A DNA stretch of 53,689 bases from a virus. Lineage: Duplodnaviria; Caudoviricetes. How positions within the stretch are numbered: the stretch's first letter is position 1; every line of letters starts with the position of its first letter. Positions 17,371 through 27,150 of this stretch are shown here, piece by piece. The DNA is taken from positions 1 through 53,689 of the IMG/VR virus record IMGVR_UViG_3300032212_000011; one strand, written 5' to 3'. The translations under genes were made by a program, and so were the position numbers. The notes under the pieces were generated by a model that did no database searches, was not told the DNA's origin, and saw only the letters and a list, made by a program, of their open reading frames with translations.

Positions 17371-18981
17371 TTACTCGTCAGGTTGTAAAGCAATCACAGA
17401 AGAAAATCCAGTAACATCTACTACAGTTCCAGTGGTAGTTGATGGGACTTTGTATGGTGACACTGAACCTTGCCTTGCTTTTATTCTAATATCCAACCCA
17501 GAAGGATCAAAAGCGCTTTCATAAGTGAAAGATGTATCTTGTATAATTCCAGATGAATCAGTAAGACCTGTTAATAGCACATCACCATCAGTTATCGTTC
17601 CCGCAGTCTCTGTTGCTTTTATTTCAACTCTAGCATTTTCAATAGGAGTTCCTGCATCGTCAGTTACTGTGACTTTGATTGTGACCGGTGCTACTGACAC
17701 AGTTACAGTGGCCCCTGCTGTCCTTATACTAGGAGTAGTAGCTCCCGCTTGTACATTTATTGTAAGAGAGCCGCTGCCTACGTTGACATAAATTGCTTCA
17801 TTGCCTGTAGAGCCATCTGTTCCAGCATATCCCGTGAGAGTAGAGTCCCAATCCATAGAGCCTCCGCCTACAGATGAAAGCTCCACGGCATGTCCTGTTC
17901 CATCGCTAGCAAATTCACAAGTATTTATGTCCTCCAAATCATCACAAAACACAGCAGAGCTGGCACGATTCTCATCAATGACGCAATTTGTTAGAGTTGC
18001 ACCATTCAACGTTATGCTATCTGAATCTCTCCAAGTGACTCCTGTTAAAGTGCTATTGGACCTTAAAGTGGTCGTGCCAATTGAAGTGTAAACTCCTCCA
18101 GTTACAGTGAAAGTAGGATTGTTGCTTGTGACAGTTATAGTTCCTCTGTTAGTTGTTCCAAGCGCTTTTATGTTTATTGTATCCCAAGTACAAGTGGAGC
18201 TTGCGTGGTCTATAATTATCTCGCTAAAATCAGACGCAGCGTGAATAGTATCAGGTATGATGATATCAACGGCAGAATCATCAAAATAGCAAAGAGTAGC
18301 AACCTGAGAATTATTTTGACCAATAGCAAACTTGCCTTGTAGTTCATAAGCACCATTAAAACTAGTTAGGATTCCCCATCGATTTGCCACTAAGTCATTC
18401 TCAGTAGAAAATCCATCAAAGGTAGCAGGGTCACCAACTTCACCCGCAGTTAGGTATGCTCCAGTTCCAACTCGAATAGCATCCACGCTAAACTTAGCAG
18501 TAGCAATAGAGTCAAATCTCATTCCAGCACTGTCAGGAGAGGTGCCAGGTGAGCCAACCAAAGTTCTGTAAGGAGATGACCCATTGGAAGTATTAACAAA
18601 ATCTATAGGGTAGCAGCGTCCAACTCGACCGCCTGCACCATAAGTGTCATTTCCTTCAACGTGAAATTCAACATAAGCAGTCGTGCTGTCTCCTATTATT
18701 ACTTTGGCTCCTCCATTTGCTATTGTATCAAATGCACCAGGACTTGCAGCAAAGCCCCATACATAAATATGATTCCCTCCTGTCAAGTCAAATGCACTTC
18801 CATCTTGATACAGTGCACCGCGCTGGTTTGCACCAGAGACACCTCTCTCAATGGAGTTTGTTCCCTGCATAGAAAAAGTTGAAGATGCGACCATGCCTCC
18901 AGAGCCGATGGCAGACCAACCAGTGGTTGATTCTGCCAAGTCGATATCTGTGAGGTCTTCAGTATATGAAGGAGCAGCCAT
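17371..18981 (-). CDS. Putative virion fibre/structural protein with beta-helix-like segment and C-terminal Ig-like domain
   Basis: T/S/G-rich; VTVTDDAGTPIENARV typical of prealbumin/Ig-like domains. Confidence 0.6.
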   Translation of the reverse strand: MAAPSYTEDLTDIDLAESTTGWSAIGSGGMVASSTFSMQGTNSIERGVSGANQRGALYQDGSAFDLTGGNHIYVWGFAASPGAFDTIANGGAKVIIGDSTTAYVEFHVEGNDTYGAGGRVGRCYPIDFVNTSNGSSPYRTLVGSPGTSPDSAGMRFDSIATAKFSVDAIRVGTGAYLTAGEVGDPATFDGFSTENDLVANRWGILTSFNGAYELQGKFAIGQNNSQVATLCYFDDSAVDIIIPDTIHAASDFSEIIIDHASSTCTWDTINIKALGTTNRGTITVTSNNPTFTVTGGVYTSIGTTTLRSNSTLTGVTWRDSDSITLNGATLTNCVIDENRASSAVFCDDLEDINTCEFASDGTGHAVELSSVGGGSMDWDSTLTGYAGTDGSTGNEAIYVNVGSGSLTINVQAGATTPSIRTAGATVTVSVAPVTIKVTVTDDAGTPIENARVEIKATETAGTITDGDVLLTGLTDSSGIIQDTSFTYESAFDPSGLDIRIKARQGSVSPYKVPSTTTGTVVDVTGFSSVIALQPDE

Positions 18982-18986
18982 CAGGA

Positions 18987-20681
18987 TTACTCGTCAGATA
19001 CACGAGCTACAGCAGCAGAACCGCCACCAGAACCCAAAGTAGCAGTTGCTTCATATGGAACAGTGGGGCTAGGCTCACCGCCATAACGTCTGCGCACGAC
19101 AAGAGTTCTGCTTGCATTGAACACAGTAGTGAAGTTCAGAGTAGTTCCTGAAGTTATTTCCTCATCAATGTAAGAAACAAACATATTATTTCCAGCAGTA
19201 GCATTATCAGAACTGAAGTCTGTACTGGTAATTGTAAACGTGCTACCTGTATAAGAAGAATAATCAATTCTAATATATTTGCCTGAATCAGTTTGAACTC
19301 TTATAGAGCCAGAAGCAGGAGTATCAACAGGAATAACAGTATCAGATACAATGCTAGTTACAGCGGCACCCGTGAGTGTCGCATTCAATCCTAATTGGGC
19401 TACATCTAGCACTCCAGCCAATTCAGGACCAACCAACACATAATCTTCATTGGCTACCAATCCAGTAACTGTAAAGGTTACATTATTAGGTGGCTGGTTC
19501 GCAGTTCCAGTTAAATCAATAACCAAATCAGCAACAGCCAAATCATCAGCACCAATACCTAAACCATATGCGCCGATGATAGCAGAACCAGTAGATGCTC
19601 CAATGAAAGGCAAGGAAATAGTTTTAGCAGATACAGTAACATTCACATCAACTGTTCCGCCACCATTGCCTGTGATAGTCATACCGTCTGTTGGCAGCAC
19701 TCCTGTAAGGAGTTGTATCCAAATTTCAGTAGCGGCAGTCGTACTATTTGTAGCCAGCAATTGTCCAGTTCCTGCAGTAGCTCCAGTCCCCCAAGATAAA
19801 GATTCAGGCTCCACTAGAGTTCCTGTAGGAGTGTCTACTGTTATTGAATGGGTAATACCTCGAAAGATATCTGCGCTCAATCCATATAAAGTTGAAACAG
19901 TTCCCTCTCTTTGTAGCCACTGAGCATATTCATAGAAATCATTCTTAGAGTTAGCACCAAGCTCCCAATCACTGTAATAGAATTCATCAGTGGTGTTGCC
20001 ATCTGCATCAATCCCTTGGTAGCCTTCTATGTTGGTGATGTCAGCAATAGCTCCAATAGTAGCCTCAAGAGTTTGGTTATTCAAGTTGCTATCAGCTTTC
20101 AGAGCAAGTACATTATTACCACGGTTAGTCCCGCCACCAATAGAAAACTCAGTATATTGAGTTCCATAAACTCTCTGAGTACCAATTAATCTACGACCAT
20201 CAATATCAGCACCAGCACTTCTAACTAACACTAAAAATCTGTGCGTAGTAGATGAAGCAGCATCTTCAACAGCAGCGATCATTTTTGCTTCATTCCAGAA
20301 ATCGTTTGTAATCCTAGCACCATTTTGAATTACTTGTATGCTAGCTGAATTACCAAACACTTGAATGCCATCATAAATATCATCACCACCCTCTTGGGTA
20401 ATTGATGTATCATACAGATGTTCTGCTGCAGTTTGATCAATGTTAAAGCCATTAAGCAAAGTAATGTTTGTATCAACACCACCTCGTTGAGAAGGAACTT
20501 CATCAATGATAGATAATTCATCATCACCAGAGTCAACTTCTTGGTCAGCAAAATCTTGAAGCGCTCTATGTAATTCAATTCCTGTGGCATATGTAGGAGC
20601 AGACCCTGCGTGGGCATCCCCAATATATCTGATGTTCCCATTGGACCGTGTTATAGTCCAGTCTGTTGCGTCCCAAGTCAT
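18987..20681 (-). CDS. Putative virion structural protein
   Basis: 564 aa, acidic, T/G/A-rich, in the late operon. Confidence 0.6.
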   Translation of the reverse strand: MTWDATDWTITRSNGNIRYIGDAHAGSAPTYATGIELHRALQDFADQEVDSGDDELSIIDEVPSQRGGVDTNITLLNGFNIDQTAAEHLYDTSITQEGGDDIYDGIQVFGNSASIQVIQNGARITNDFWNEAKMIAAVEDAASSTTHRFLVLVRSAGADIDGRRLIGTQRVYGTQYTEFSIGGGTNRGNNVLALKADSNLNNQTLEATIGAIADITNIEGYQGIDADGNTTDEFYYSDWELGANSKNDFYEYAQWLQREGTVSTLYGLSADIFRGITHSITVDTPTGTLVEPESLSWGTGATAGTGQLLATNSTTAATEIWIQLLTGVLPTDGMTITGNGGGTVDVNVTVSAKTISLPFIGASTGSAIIGAYGLGIGADDLAVADLVIDLTGTANQPPNNVTFTVTGLVANEDYVLVGPELAGVLDVAQLGLNATLTGAAVTSIVSDTVIPVDTPASGSIRVQTDSGKYIRIDYSSYTGSTFTITSTDFSSDNATAGNNMFVSYIDEEITSGTTLNFTTVFNASRTLVVRRRYGGEPSPTVPYEATATLGSGGGSAAVARVSDE

Positions 20682-20684
20682 AAT

Positions 20685-21077
20685 TTAATCCTCTTTGTTA
20701 AAGTCAGTTATACACTTTTCATAATAGAATCTTACAGCATTCCTATCTTTGATTGCTTTCAAAGCACTTTGGGTGTTCTCAGCTAGCTTCTTATAATCAC
20801 TTTCATATAGCCCAATTACTTTTAAGCCTTCATCGTCAGTAGCAACAATGAAGGTTATCTTCTTCCATTTAATTTCATCCAAAGCAGGAGCAGCAGGACA
20901 TATGATTTTAGTTTTCTTGTACTCCACCACTGGAACCATTATCTTCTGTGGCTTCTTGAAACTGTAGCCGCAACCTGTCAGTAGCGCGGTTAGCAAACCT
21001 AACAACAAGACTTGCCTTTTTCTGCATAAGCCTTTCAATACGCCCGCATTCTTTCTCAAATACTTCAAGTGCATCAC
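20685..21077 (-). CDS. Outer-membrane spanin (Rz1-like lipoprotein); true start probably downstream of 21077
   Basis: Lipobox LLTALLTG-C, CPAAP; overlaps the upstream Rz-like gene in another frame. Confidence 0.75.
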   Translation of the reverse strand: MMHLKYLRKNAGVLKGLCRKRQVLLLGLLTALLTGCGYSFKKPQKIMVPVVEYKKTKIICPAAPALDEIKWKKITFIVATDDEGLKVIGLYESDYKKLAENTQSALKAIKDRNAVRFYYEKCITDFNKED

Positions 21078-21399
21078 TTTTCTCCTTTACTGTAGAACCC
21101 AATTTGCTTTCTAGCACTTTTCTGTTTTGGATTGCTGTATTGTATTCATCTCTCATTTCATCTTTTTCTTTGGAGCAATTTTCAAGATGTTCAGCCAGAG
21201 ATTTATTTGCAACTTCATAATTCTCAATTGCTGCTTCTTGCTTAGCAATTATAGCCTTCATATCTCCATATTCATCCATAACCCACCAGATGCCTATTGC
21301 TACTGATACTCCTAGTACGGCATAGATGGCGTATTTGCCATTGCCTCCAGTGAATAAGTTTTTAACAAAACCCAATACTGCTAAAGCATCTGCTATCAT
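20908..21399 (-). CDS. Inner-membrane spanin (Rz-like)
   Basis: N-terminal TM helix followed by a coiled coil; overlaps the lipoprotein gene. Confidence 0.75.
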   Translation of the reverse strand: MIADALAVLGFVKNLFTGGNGKYAIYAVLGVSVAIGIWWVMDEYGDMKAIIAKQEAAIENYEVANKSLAEHLENCSKEKDEMRDEYNTAIQNRKVLESKLGSTVKEKSDALEVFEKECGRIERLMQKKASLVVRFANRATDRLRLQFQEATEDNGSSGGVQEN

Positions 21400-21638
21400 T
21401 TCCCTTCTCCATCATCATCATTGTGATTATCTTGGCGAAGATTTTCAAGAATATATTTGAAAGCCCCTATCACTGCTAGATATATTGAAATGAAACCAGC
21501 AGCTGCTGCCTCATTTAGACCATTAGAGTTTTCTTTAAACCACTCCCACGCGTCATATCCTAGCCAAAGAAAGAAAACAGTAATTGCCAAATAAATTAGC
21601 CGATATTGTTTTATTACTATGTGACCTGGTGTTTTCAT
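21396..21638 (-). CDS. Holin-like membrane protein (2 TM)
   Basis: Two hydrophobic helices and a charged C-terminus; in the lysis cassette. Confidence 0.55.
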   Translation of the reverse strand: MKTPGHIVIKQYRLIYLAITVFFLWLGYDAWEWFKENSNGLNEAAAAGFISIYLAVIGAFKYILENLRQDNHNDDDGEGK

Positions 21639-21937
21639 GAACCTGCTACCTCTTTTCTGAGAAGCTTCATCTTCAACTCATGCTCATCTTTCGCACGTCT
21701 ATCATTTTCTAACAGCAAAAGATGGGCAGTCACTTCACGCTTGTTACGCTTAAAGTTGAAATATATTGCCGTCATCGATAATATTATGCCTATGAGAATG
21801 CCAACCTTACCTATCTCTGCTGGGATCATTTCTATGAATGTCACAAATCCTGTTCCTGCTGTTGTCGCACCCAGTGCGTGGGCAGTCTTCGCATCTTCCA
21901 GAGTGTCTGTGAGCATTTTCATGAGAACGAATTTCAT
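21635..21937 (-). CDS. Holin-like membrane protein
   Basis: Hydrophobic segments then a basic C-terminal tail. Confidence 0.55.
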   Translation of the reverse strand: MKFVLMKMLTDTLEDAKTAHALGATTAGTGFVTFIEMIPAEIGKVGILIGIILSMTAIYFNFKRNKREVTAHLLLLENDRRAKDEHELKMKLLRKEVAGS

Positions 21938-22434
21938 TATGATATCTTCTCTTTGTTTGTCTGCATTTGAATAGGGCTGGCAGTATAGCTGCGATAAAAG
22001 CTAAAGCCATTCCAACGTATTGTAGCATTTCCCAAATCATCGCCTTTTCCATTTGCAATAGATACAAGTAAAACTAATACAAATAATGCCCTAGTGATAA
22101 TGTTGTATATATCGGGTTCAAATCCCAATTCATACATAGCACATCCTGCAGCATTAGCGTACATAAACCATAAACATAAAGTTTGAATCCTTACCAATGT
22201 AGCAGTTGGATTCTTGACTCTATAAAGCACACTTATGATTGCTAAATCACATACTGCTGCACCAAAATAATATGTAAAGCCCCAATTTGCGCCAAAGCGC
22301 TCATCTAACATTTGAAAGCATGCGCAAAAAACTACAAATGCCCAAATTGAAAATGCATCAACAAATCTATTCCTGAATAAAGATGTTAATGCTATTGAAT
22401 AAAGCATGTAGCCTGTAAAATTGACTTCATACAT
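21937..22434 (-). CDS. Polytopic membrane protein (about 5 TM), function unknown
   Basis: Multiple hydrophobic stretches; coupled to its neighbours. Confidence 0.6.
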   Translation of the reverse strand: MYEVNFTGYMLYSIALTSLFRNRFVDAFSIWAFVVFCACFQMLDERFGANWGFTYYFGAAVCDLAIISVLYRVKNPTATLVRIQTLCLWFMYANAAGCAMYELGFEPDIYNIITRALFVLVLLVSIANGKGDDLGNATIRWNGFSFYRSYTASPIQMQTNKEKIS

Positions 22435-22521
22435 TTATTTTTTGCCCTTTCCTTTCCCTTTGGTTGTCTTGCTAGTCTTGCTAGTTGTTGTTTTCTTTTT
22501 CTTTCCATTACCGCCAGCCAT
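22435..22521 (-). CDS. 28-aa Lys-rich microprotein (not in the ORF track)
   Basis: Hand translation MAGGNGKKKKTTTSKTSKTTKGKGKGKK; GGAG RBS; fills the endolysin-membrane gene gap almost exactly. Confidence 0.6.
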   Translation of the reverse strand: MAGGNGKKKKTTTSKTSKTTKGKGKGKK

Positions 22522-22522
22522 G

Positions 22523-22864
22523 CTATTTGCTCCCATTATGTGTAAAAGAATAATGATTCCCATCATTGAATCTGCCGCCCCAAGTAGCCAGCTCATTCAT
22601 GGACTCCCATTTTTCACCAGGAATCCTGTGGTCCTCATTTGAAGATAAATACTTTCCATCTTTAAATAAATTCAAATCAGCTGCCAACTTATATTTGTGA
22701 CAACTGCTTTTATGTCCATAGCCTTTCTTTTCGCCAACTGCTCCGTGAAGTCTTGGGTCCCTGAATACATCTCCCAACCTAACTTCATACCCATTTTGAT
22801 ATAGCCAGATAATGAACTTGGCCAAGGTAATTGTGAACAATTCTTGCTTAGAGCCCAATGTCAT
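22523..22864 (-). CDS. Endolysin, peptidase M15 family
   Basis: R...S.H...LA.D and WGGRF.D.NHYS Zn-ligand motifs. Confidence 0.9.
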   Translation of the reverse strand: MTLGSKQELFTITLAKFIIWLYQNGYEVRLGDVFRDPRLHGAVGEKKGYGHKSSCHKYKLAADLNLFKDGKYLSSNEDHRIPGEKWESMNELATWGGRFNDGNHYSFTHNGSK

Positions 22865-22968
22865 AATAATTTCACCTTTTTCAATTATCTCGTAGCTAGA
22901 TAGAAGCCTCTAGCCCTTATAGATTCGTAGTATAATCTATCTAGGCTAGATAGTCTCTATATATCTTG

Positions 22969-25900
22969 CTACGCATTAACAATAGCACTTAGCGTATAAG
23001 ACTGGCTTTCCAAAGTAGTAGTTCCACCATCATCACTGATTGATATTGTCATTTGTAGAGAGTTATTTCCAACCTCAGTTTGAGAAATCCAAACTTGTCT
23101 GCTGGAAGTCAATGGCTCCCAAGTTCCAGAAGCGCCAAGCACAGAACCAAATGGCCCAGAATCTCCAATTCCAGATTCAGTGCCGCCCGTCTTATCAATC
23201 TTCACATGGTATCTGTTTCCGACATCTGCGCTCTTTGGGTCCACCCAATCATGAGCAAGGAATCCAAATATGTCTTGGTATTTGGTAATCTCTCCGCCAA
23301 GAGTCACGGCAAGACCAACTCTTGAGTCAGTAGGGTCATTGGTAACTTGTGTAAATGTGCCGCCTGGATATGAAACAGTTTCTCCTCCAACTGCCGCAGT
23401 ATTAAATGTTTGGTCAGCAGAAGTTGTAGAATTAGTAGCAGCATCAGCAGAAATAACTCTGTAGTGATATTCAGTTCCACCAGTCAAACCAGTCAAAGGC
23501 TCAGAGTGATTAGTTGTTAAGTTGGTGTTCAAAGTAGTAGTGCTTCCATAAGAATCAGTAAGCCCATACTCAACCTGAGAATCTGCTCCCTCATCAGTCG
23601 TCCAATTTATTGAAGCAGATGTTTCACCAACGCTAGATTCCCCTATAGCAGATATAACAGGCCCAGTAACATCAGCCCCTGAATCAGTAGTCAAAGTTTG
23701 ATTTGATGATTCCCCAGTAAGCAATTGCTCACTCTCAGATAACACCTTAAAGTTGTAAAGAGTGCTAGCAGTTAAGCCAGTAATTGTTTGACTATGAGAA
23801 GTCACCAAATCAGTATCTTTTGTAGTGGAGCTTCCATATCCTGTTGTCAAGCCATATTCAATTTGACTAGATGCTGGTACATTCGTCTCCCAAGTTATTG
23901 TAGCAGTAGTATCAGATTGAGATTGTACGACCACCAAACTTATTACAGGAGCACTGTCTATCAAACAAGGGTCGTCGCCTCCACCTTGTATATAGTTTGT
24001 TACAGTAGACCCATAAACGCAAACAGTAGCTCCATTAGCAATTATGGCTTTCCCTTTTGCTCCTCCAGAATTGGTACCTGACCCAGTTCCATCTTCACCC
24101 CAATCTCCACCTGCTCCAGAATCAGGAACAGTACTTGCGTTAGCAGTACTAGCTTTGGCAGCACCTCCAGTCCCAGAAGTTGAGCCTGCGTTTCCATCAT
24201 CAGCATGAGTAGATTCATAATACAGACCTTCTTGAAGTATTTGTCCTTTTGGTCCTGCTGGGCCTAAGTTATAGCCTGCTCCGCCACCGCCACCAACTCC
24301 TCCAATAACTAGTGTTCCAAAAGGTGCATTCAAATCAGTCCCAGTTCCAGCTTGTGAGCCACCACCGCCACCACCTGGAGCAACCAGCTTCCCATCTGCT
24401 GTATATCCAGATATGGAGCCAGCAAGATATATATCTGTATCGACACCTTGAGCATCATAGCAAGTTCCAGCATCACCTCCATCTAGCCCCTGATGCAATA
24501 TATCTGCACCTCCAACTATTGACTCATATACTCCACCAGAGCCACCAGAGCCACCAAATCCTTGCCACTCGGCAGCATTTATAAGGATTACAGTTAGCTT
24601 AGACCCAGCAGCAAAATTGCCAGCAATTACAGAAGTTGTATCAACTCCACAAAACACTCCCCCATCTAAAACGAAAGTGAGTTGGACAGGTTGGGAAGGA
24701 GCGCCAGCAACAACATGTAAATTTATCTCGCAATTTACTCCTGCTAAAGTAAATACAGAATTGTCAGAGAAAGCAGCTTCATAAGTCAAAGCCTTTATCA
24801 AATAGTGTCTAGATACTTTGCCAATCCGTGGAGTTATTTTCAACACTTGTCCTCTAAGTTCCTTTTGTGTTCCATCAAAATCCTGTACCTCGTCACTAGA
24901 AAATGATACAATATCTCCTGTGCTAAAATCCAAATACCTTTCTTGTGTCCTCCAATTATATTCAACTGGCTTCAATCCAAACCTGCTAATAAACCTTTGA
25001 GTCAGCAAGTTGGCACTATCTCTGGATATCAAAGGATTTGGCTCAAACTCTTTGTTCTTTTCTTCTCCATAATATCCAGCACCTTCAAGAGTAGCATTGG
25101 TGTAGGAAGACACGCCAGAATAATGTTGCTTGCTATCCTCTTCAGCCAAGAACTGTTTGGTGTGGAAGATATAAGCACTAGTAAATCTCAAGTCCTCACG
25201 GTTTTTCTTTTTGAGGGTTTCAAAATCAATATGCTTTCCTTCTTCAATTACCAATGATGTTTCTTTCCAAACGCTTATAGCAGAAAGTTTTACTTCAGTG
25301 GCAATAGGGTCATACCACATATCCAATAAGAATGATAAAAGTATTTTCTTTATTTGGAAATTGGCATCTTCAGATATGTGCCAGAGAGTATTGATTCTAA
25401 CTCCATTTTGCCACTCATCAACTTCAGTTGCCCAATCAGCAGTTGGAAGTTTTCCAGCGTCAATTCCAATAGAAAGAAGAATTATTTCAAGCAAATCATC
25501 TATTCTTTCATCGTCACTTATATGACAGATTTGAATATGATCGCCATCAGAATGCTTATCAGCATTATTTCTAGTCAGAGTTTCTCCAGAAGTTGCCGCA
25601 ACTATGTCATCCCCTCTAGCAAGAACTGTTACAGTAGCAGTAGCAGTGCCTATATTTGCTACGCTATCTATCAAGAAGAATTCAGTACCAATGAATAATA
25701 CTTGACCAACCACATACGTTATGTCTGCATCAACAGGAATTGTAAGGTCTGAATCATTCAAATCACCTCGCAAAGAGCCTTCAGTTTTAACTGGCCATTG
25801 ATTCTTGTCAGCATCAGCCTTAGTCAATTCATCTTTGCCTTGTAGAATGTAAACATCTTTCCCAGCTCCTACAAAAGTATCAATTTGATAATGTTTAGTC

Positions 25901-26403
25901 AAAGCGTCAGCCTCAACGTACCCAGACCCATCATCTTTTATGTGAAAGTATTTGATTCTAACGTTATTGTTCACGAGAATATTTCTGGCTTCAAACTTAC
26001 CAAGAAAAGTTCCATGAGGGCTAGGATTAATTGGGCTAGGGTCACCAGCAAAATCAGCAAAAGATATTGTAACAGAGCCTCTTCCTGCCAAGCCTTCTGA
26101 TGGCTTTAGCTCTGTTGGGTTCTCTGTAATTGAATTTATGACTCTATGTATAGGGTCATCAATTACTATGCTACCATCTCCTGCTGTTCTTTCACTACCA
26201 AATTGAATAGGAGTATTTGGACTAGCAAAATAATATGTTTTTGTGGCAGTGGGAGACTGCTGAATACAAGTCAAAGGTGTGTAATAACCCTCGCCACTTC
26301 CAGTAGGCAAAGTACAATTTCCTGTAATCTCAAGAATATCAATTTCAACTATTTGAAACTGTTCTTGCTTTACAGCTGCTCTATTGGTGTCAAAATCTGT
26401 CAC
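22969..26403 (-). CDS. Tail tip / central fibre protein with Gly-rich segment and two FN3 domains
   Basis: Second gene after the tape measure; GGGGG repeats; tandem ATITW.T...SQ(I/V)EYG.T..YG...H...TGL...T.Y repeats. Confidence 0.75.
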   Translation of the reverse strand: MTDFDTNRAAVKQEQFQIVEIDILEITGNCTLPTGSGEGYYTPLTCIQQSPTATKTYYFASPNTPIQFGSERTAGDGSIVIDDPIHRVINSITENPTELKPSEGLAGRGSVTISFADFAGDPSPINPSPHGTFLGKFEARNILVNNNVRIKYFHIKDDGSGYVEADALTKHYQIDTFVGAGKDVYILQGKDELTKADADKNQWPVKTEGSLRGDLNDSDLTIPVDADITYVVGQVLFIGTEFFLIDSVANIGTATATVTVLARGDDIVAATSGETLTRNNADKHSDGDHIQICHISDDERIDDLLEIILLSIGIDAGKLPTADWATEVDEWQNGVRINTLWHISEDANFQIKKILLSFLLDMWYDPIATEVKLSAISVWKETSLVIEEGKHIDFETLKKKNREDLRFTSAYIFHTKQFLAEEDSKQHYSGVSSYTNATLEGAGYYGEEKNKEFEPNPLISRDSANLLTQRFISRFGLKPVEYNWRTQERYLDFSTGDIVSFSSDEVQDFDGTQKELRGQVLKITPRIGKVSRHYLIKALTYEAAFSDNSVFTLAGVNCEINLHVVAGAPSQPVQLTFVLDGGVFCGVDTTSVIAGNFAAGSKLTVILINAAEWQGFGGSGGSGGVYESIVGGADILHQGLDGGDAGTCYDAQGVDTDIYLAGSISGYTADGKLVAPGGGGGGSQAGTGTDLNAPFGTLVIGGVGGGGGAGYNLGPAGPKGQILQEGLYYESTHADDGNAGSTSGTGGAAKASTANASTVPDSGAGGDWGEDGTGSGTNSGGAKGKAIIANGATVCVYGSTVTNYIQGGGDDPCLIDSAPVISLVVVQSQSDTTATITWETNVPASSQIEYGLTTGYGSSTTKDTDLVTSHSQTITGLTASTLYNFKVLSESEQLLTGESSNQTLTTDSGADVTGPVISAIGESSVGETSASINWTTDEGADSQVEYGLTDSYGSTTTLNTNLTTNHSEPLTGLTGGTEYHYRVISADAATNSTTSADQTFNTAAVGGETVSYPGGTFTQVTNDPTDSRVGLAVTLGGEITKYQDIFGFLAHDWVDPKSADVGNRYHVKIDKTGGTESGIGDSGPFGSVLGASGTWEPLTSSRQVWISQTEVGNNSLQMTISISDDGGTTTLESQSYTLSAIVNA

Positions 26404-26406
26404 CTT

Positions 26407-27150
26407 TTATACTCCTGTGTATGCAGAATATGAAAAGGAAACTGATTGCAGATTCCGTGTCTTGGAGTGCGCCTTTGGAGGATTCAACTTGGTATTGAAA
26501 CACATATATGACGAGTCTGGCGTCTCTTCATCCTCAAGGATAAAGAATGCTGTGGTAATCATATAATCTCCCAAATCTCTAAATTCATTTCTGGCTATTG
26601 TAGTTGGCATGTTTGGTATAGATAAGACTGCTTGTGTGGATATTGATCTATTCAAGATTGAAATTGGTGCAGCTGCTCCATTAACAATGACTTGCTGTTT
26701 CTTTGATGGAGTTAGCCATACGCGCTTATACCCTGCTTGCTCTCCGCTGTTTGGAACATCAAATGTGGCTCCAGCAGCAACATGAGTAACAATCATAACA
26801 GTTGAATCAGAGCCTTGCTTGTTGAATACTAATTTTATCACATCAACATCAGTTTGATTAAAATAGAAAGTCAAAACGCTCTGCCTAGTACCCAGAGTAT
26901 AGCTATACACAGATACATCATCAAAGAATATTTCTACAGTTCCAATTAGAGTGTGCCCAGCAATTGAAACATATGATATGGAAGTTGTTTCTGCTAAAGT
27001 AAATTCAAATTCCATTGTAGCATCTATTCCAGCACCAGCATAATTTTCAGAGAAGTCATATCCCTTTATGTTGTCTATGTCTTGGCCGCTATCATCAGAG
27101 TTAACTGCTATAGTGGATTCTGTCAAAACATTACTTGATGATATTTTCAT
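26407..27150 (-). CDS. Distal tail (Dit)-position protein
   Basis: Immediately after the tape measure, TAATG coupling; assigned by synteny only. Confidence 0.55.
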   Translation of the reverse strand: MKISSSNVLTESTIAVNSDDSGQDIDNIKGYDFSENYAGAGIDATMEFEFTLAETTSISYVSIAGHTLIGTVEIFFDDVSVYSYTLGTRQSVLTFYFNQTDVDVIKLVFNKQGSDSTVMIVTHVAAGATFDVPNSGEQAGYKRVWLTPSKKQQVIVNGAAAPISILNRSISTQAVLSIPNMPTTIARNEFRDLGDYMITTAFFILEDEETPDSSYMCFNTKLNPPKAHSKTRNLQSVSFSYSAYTGV

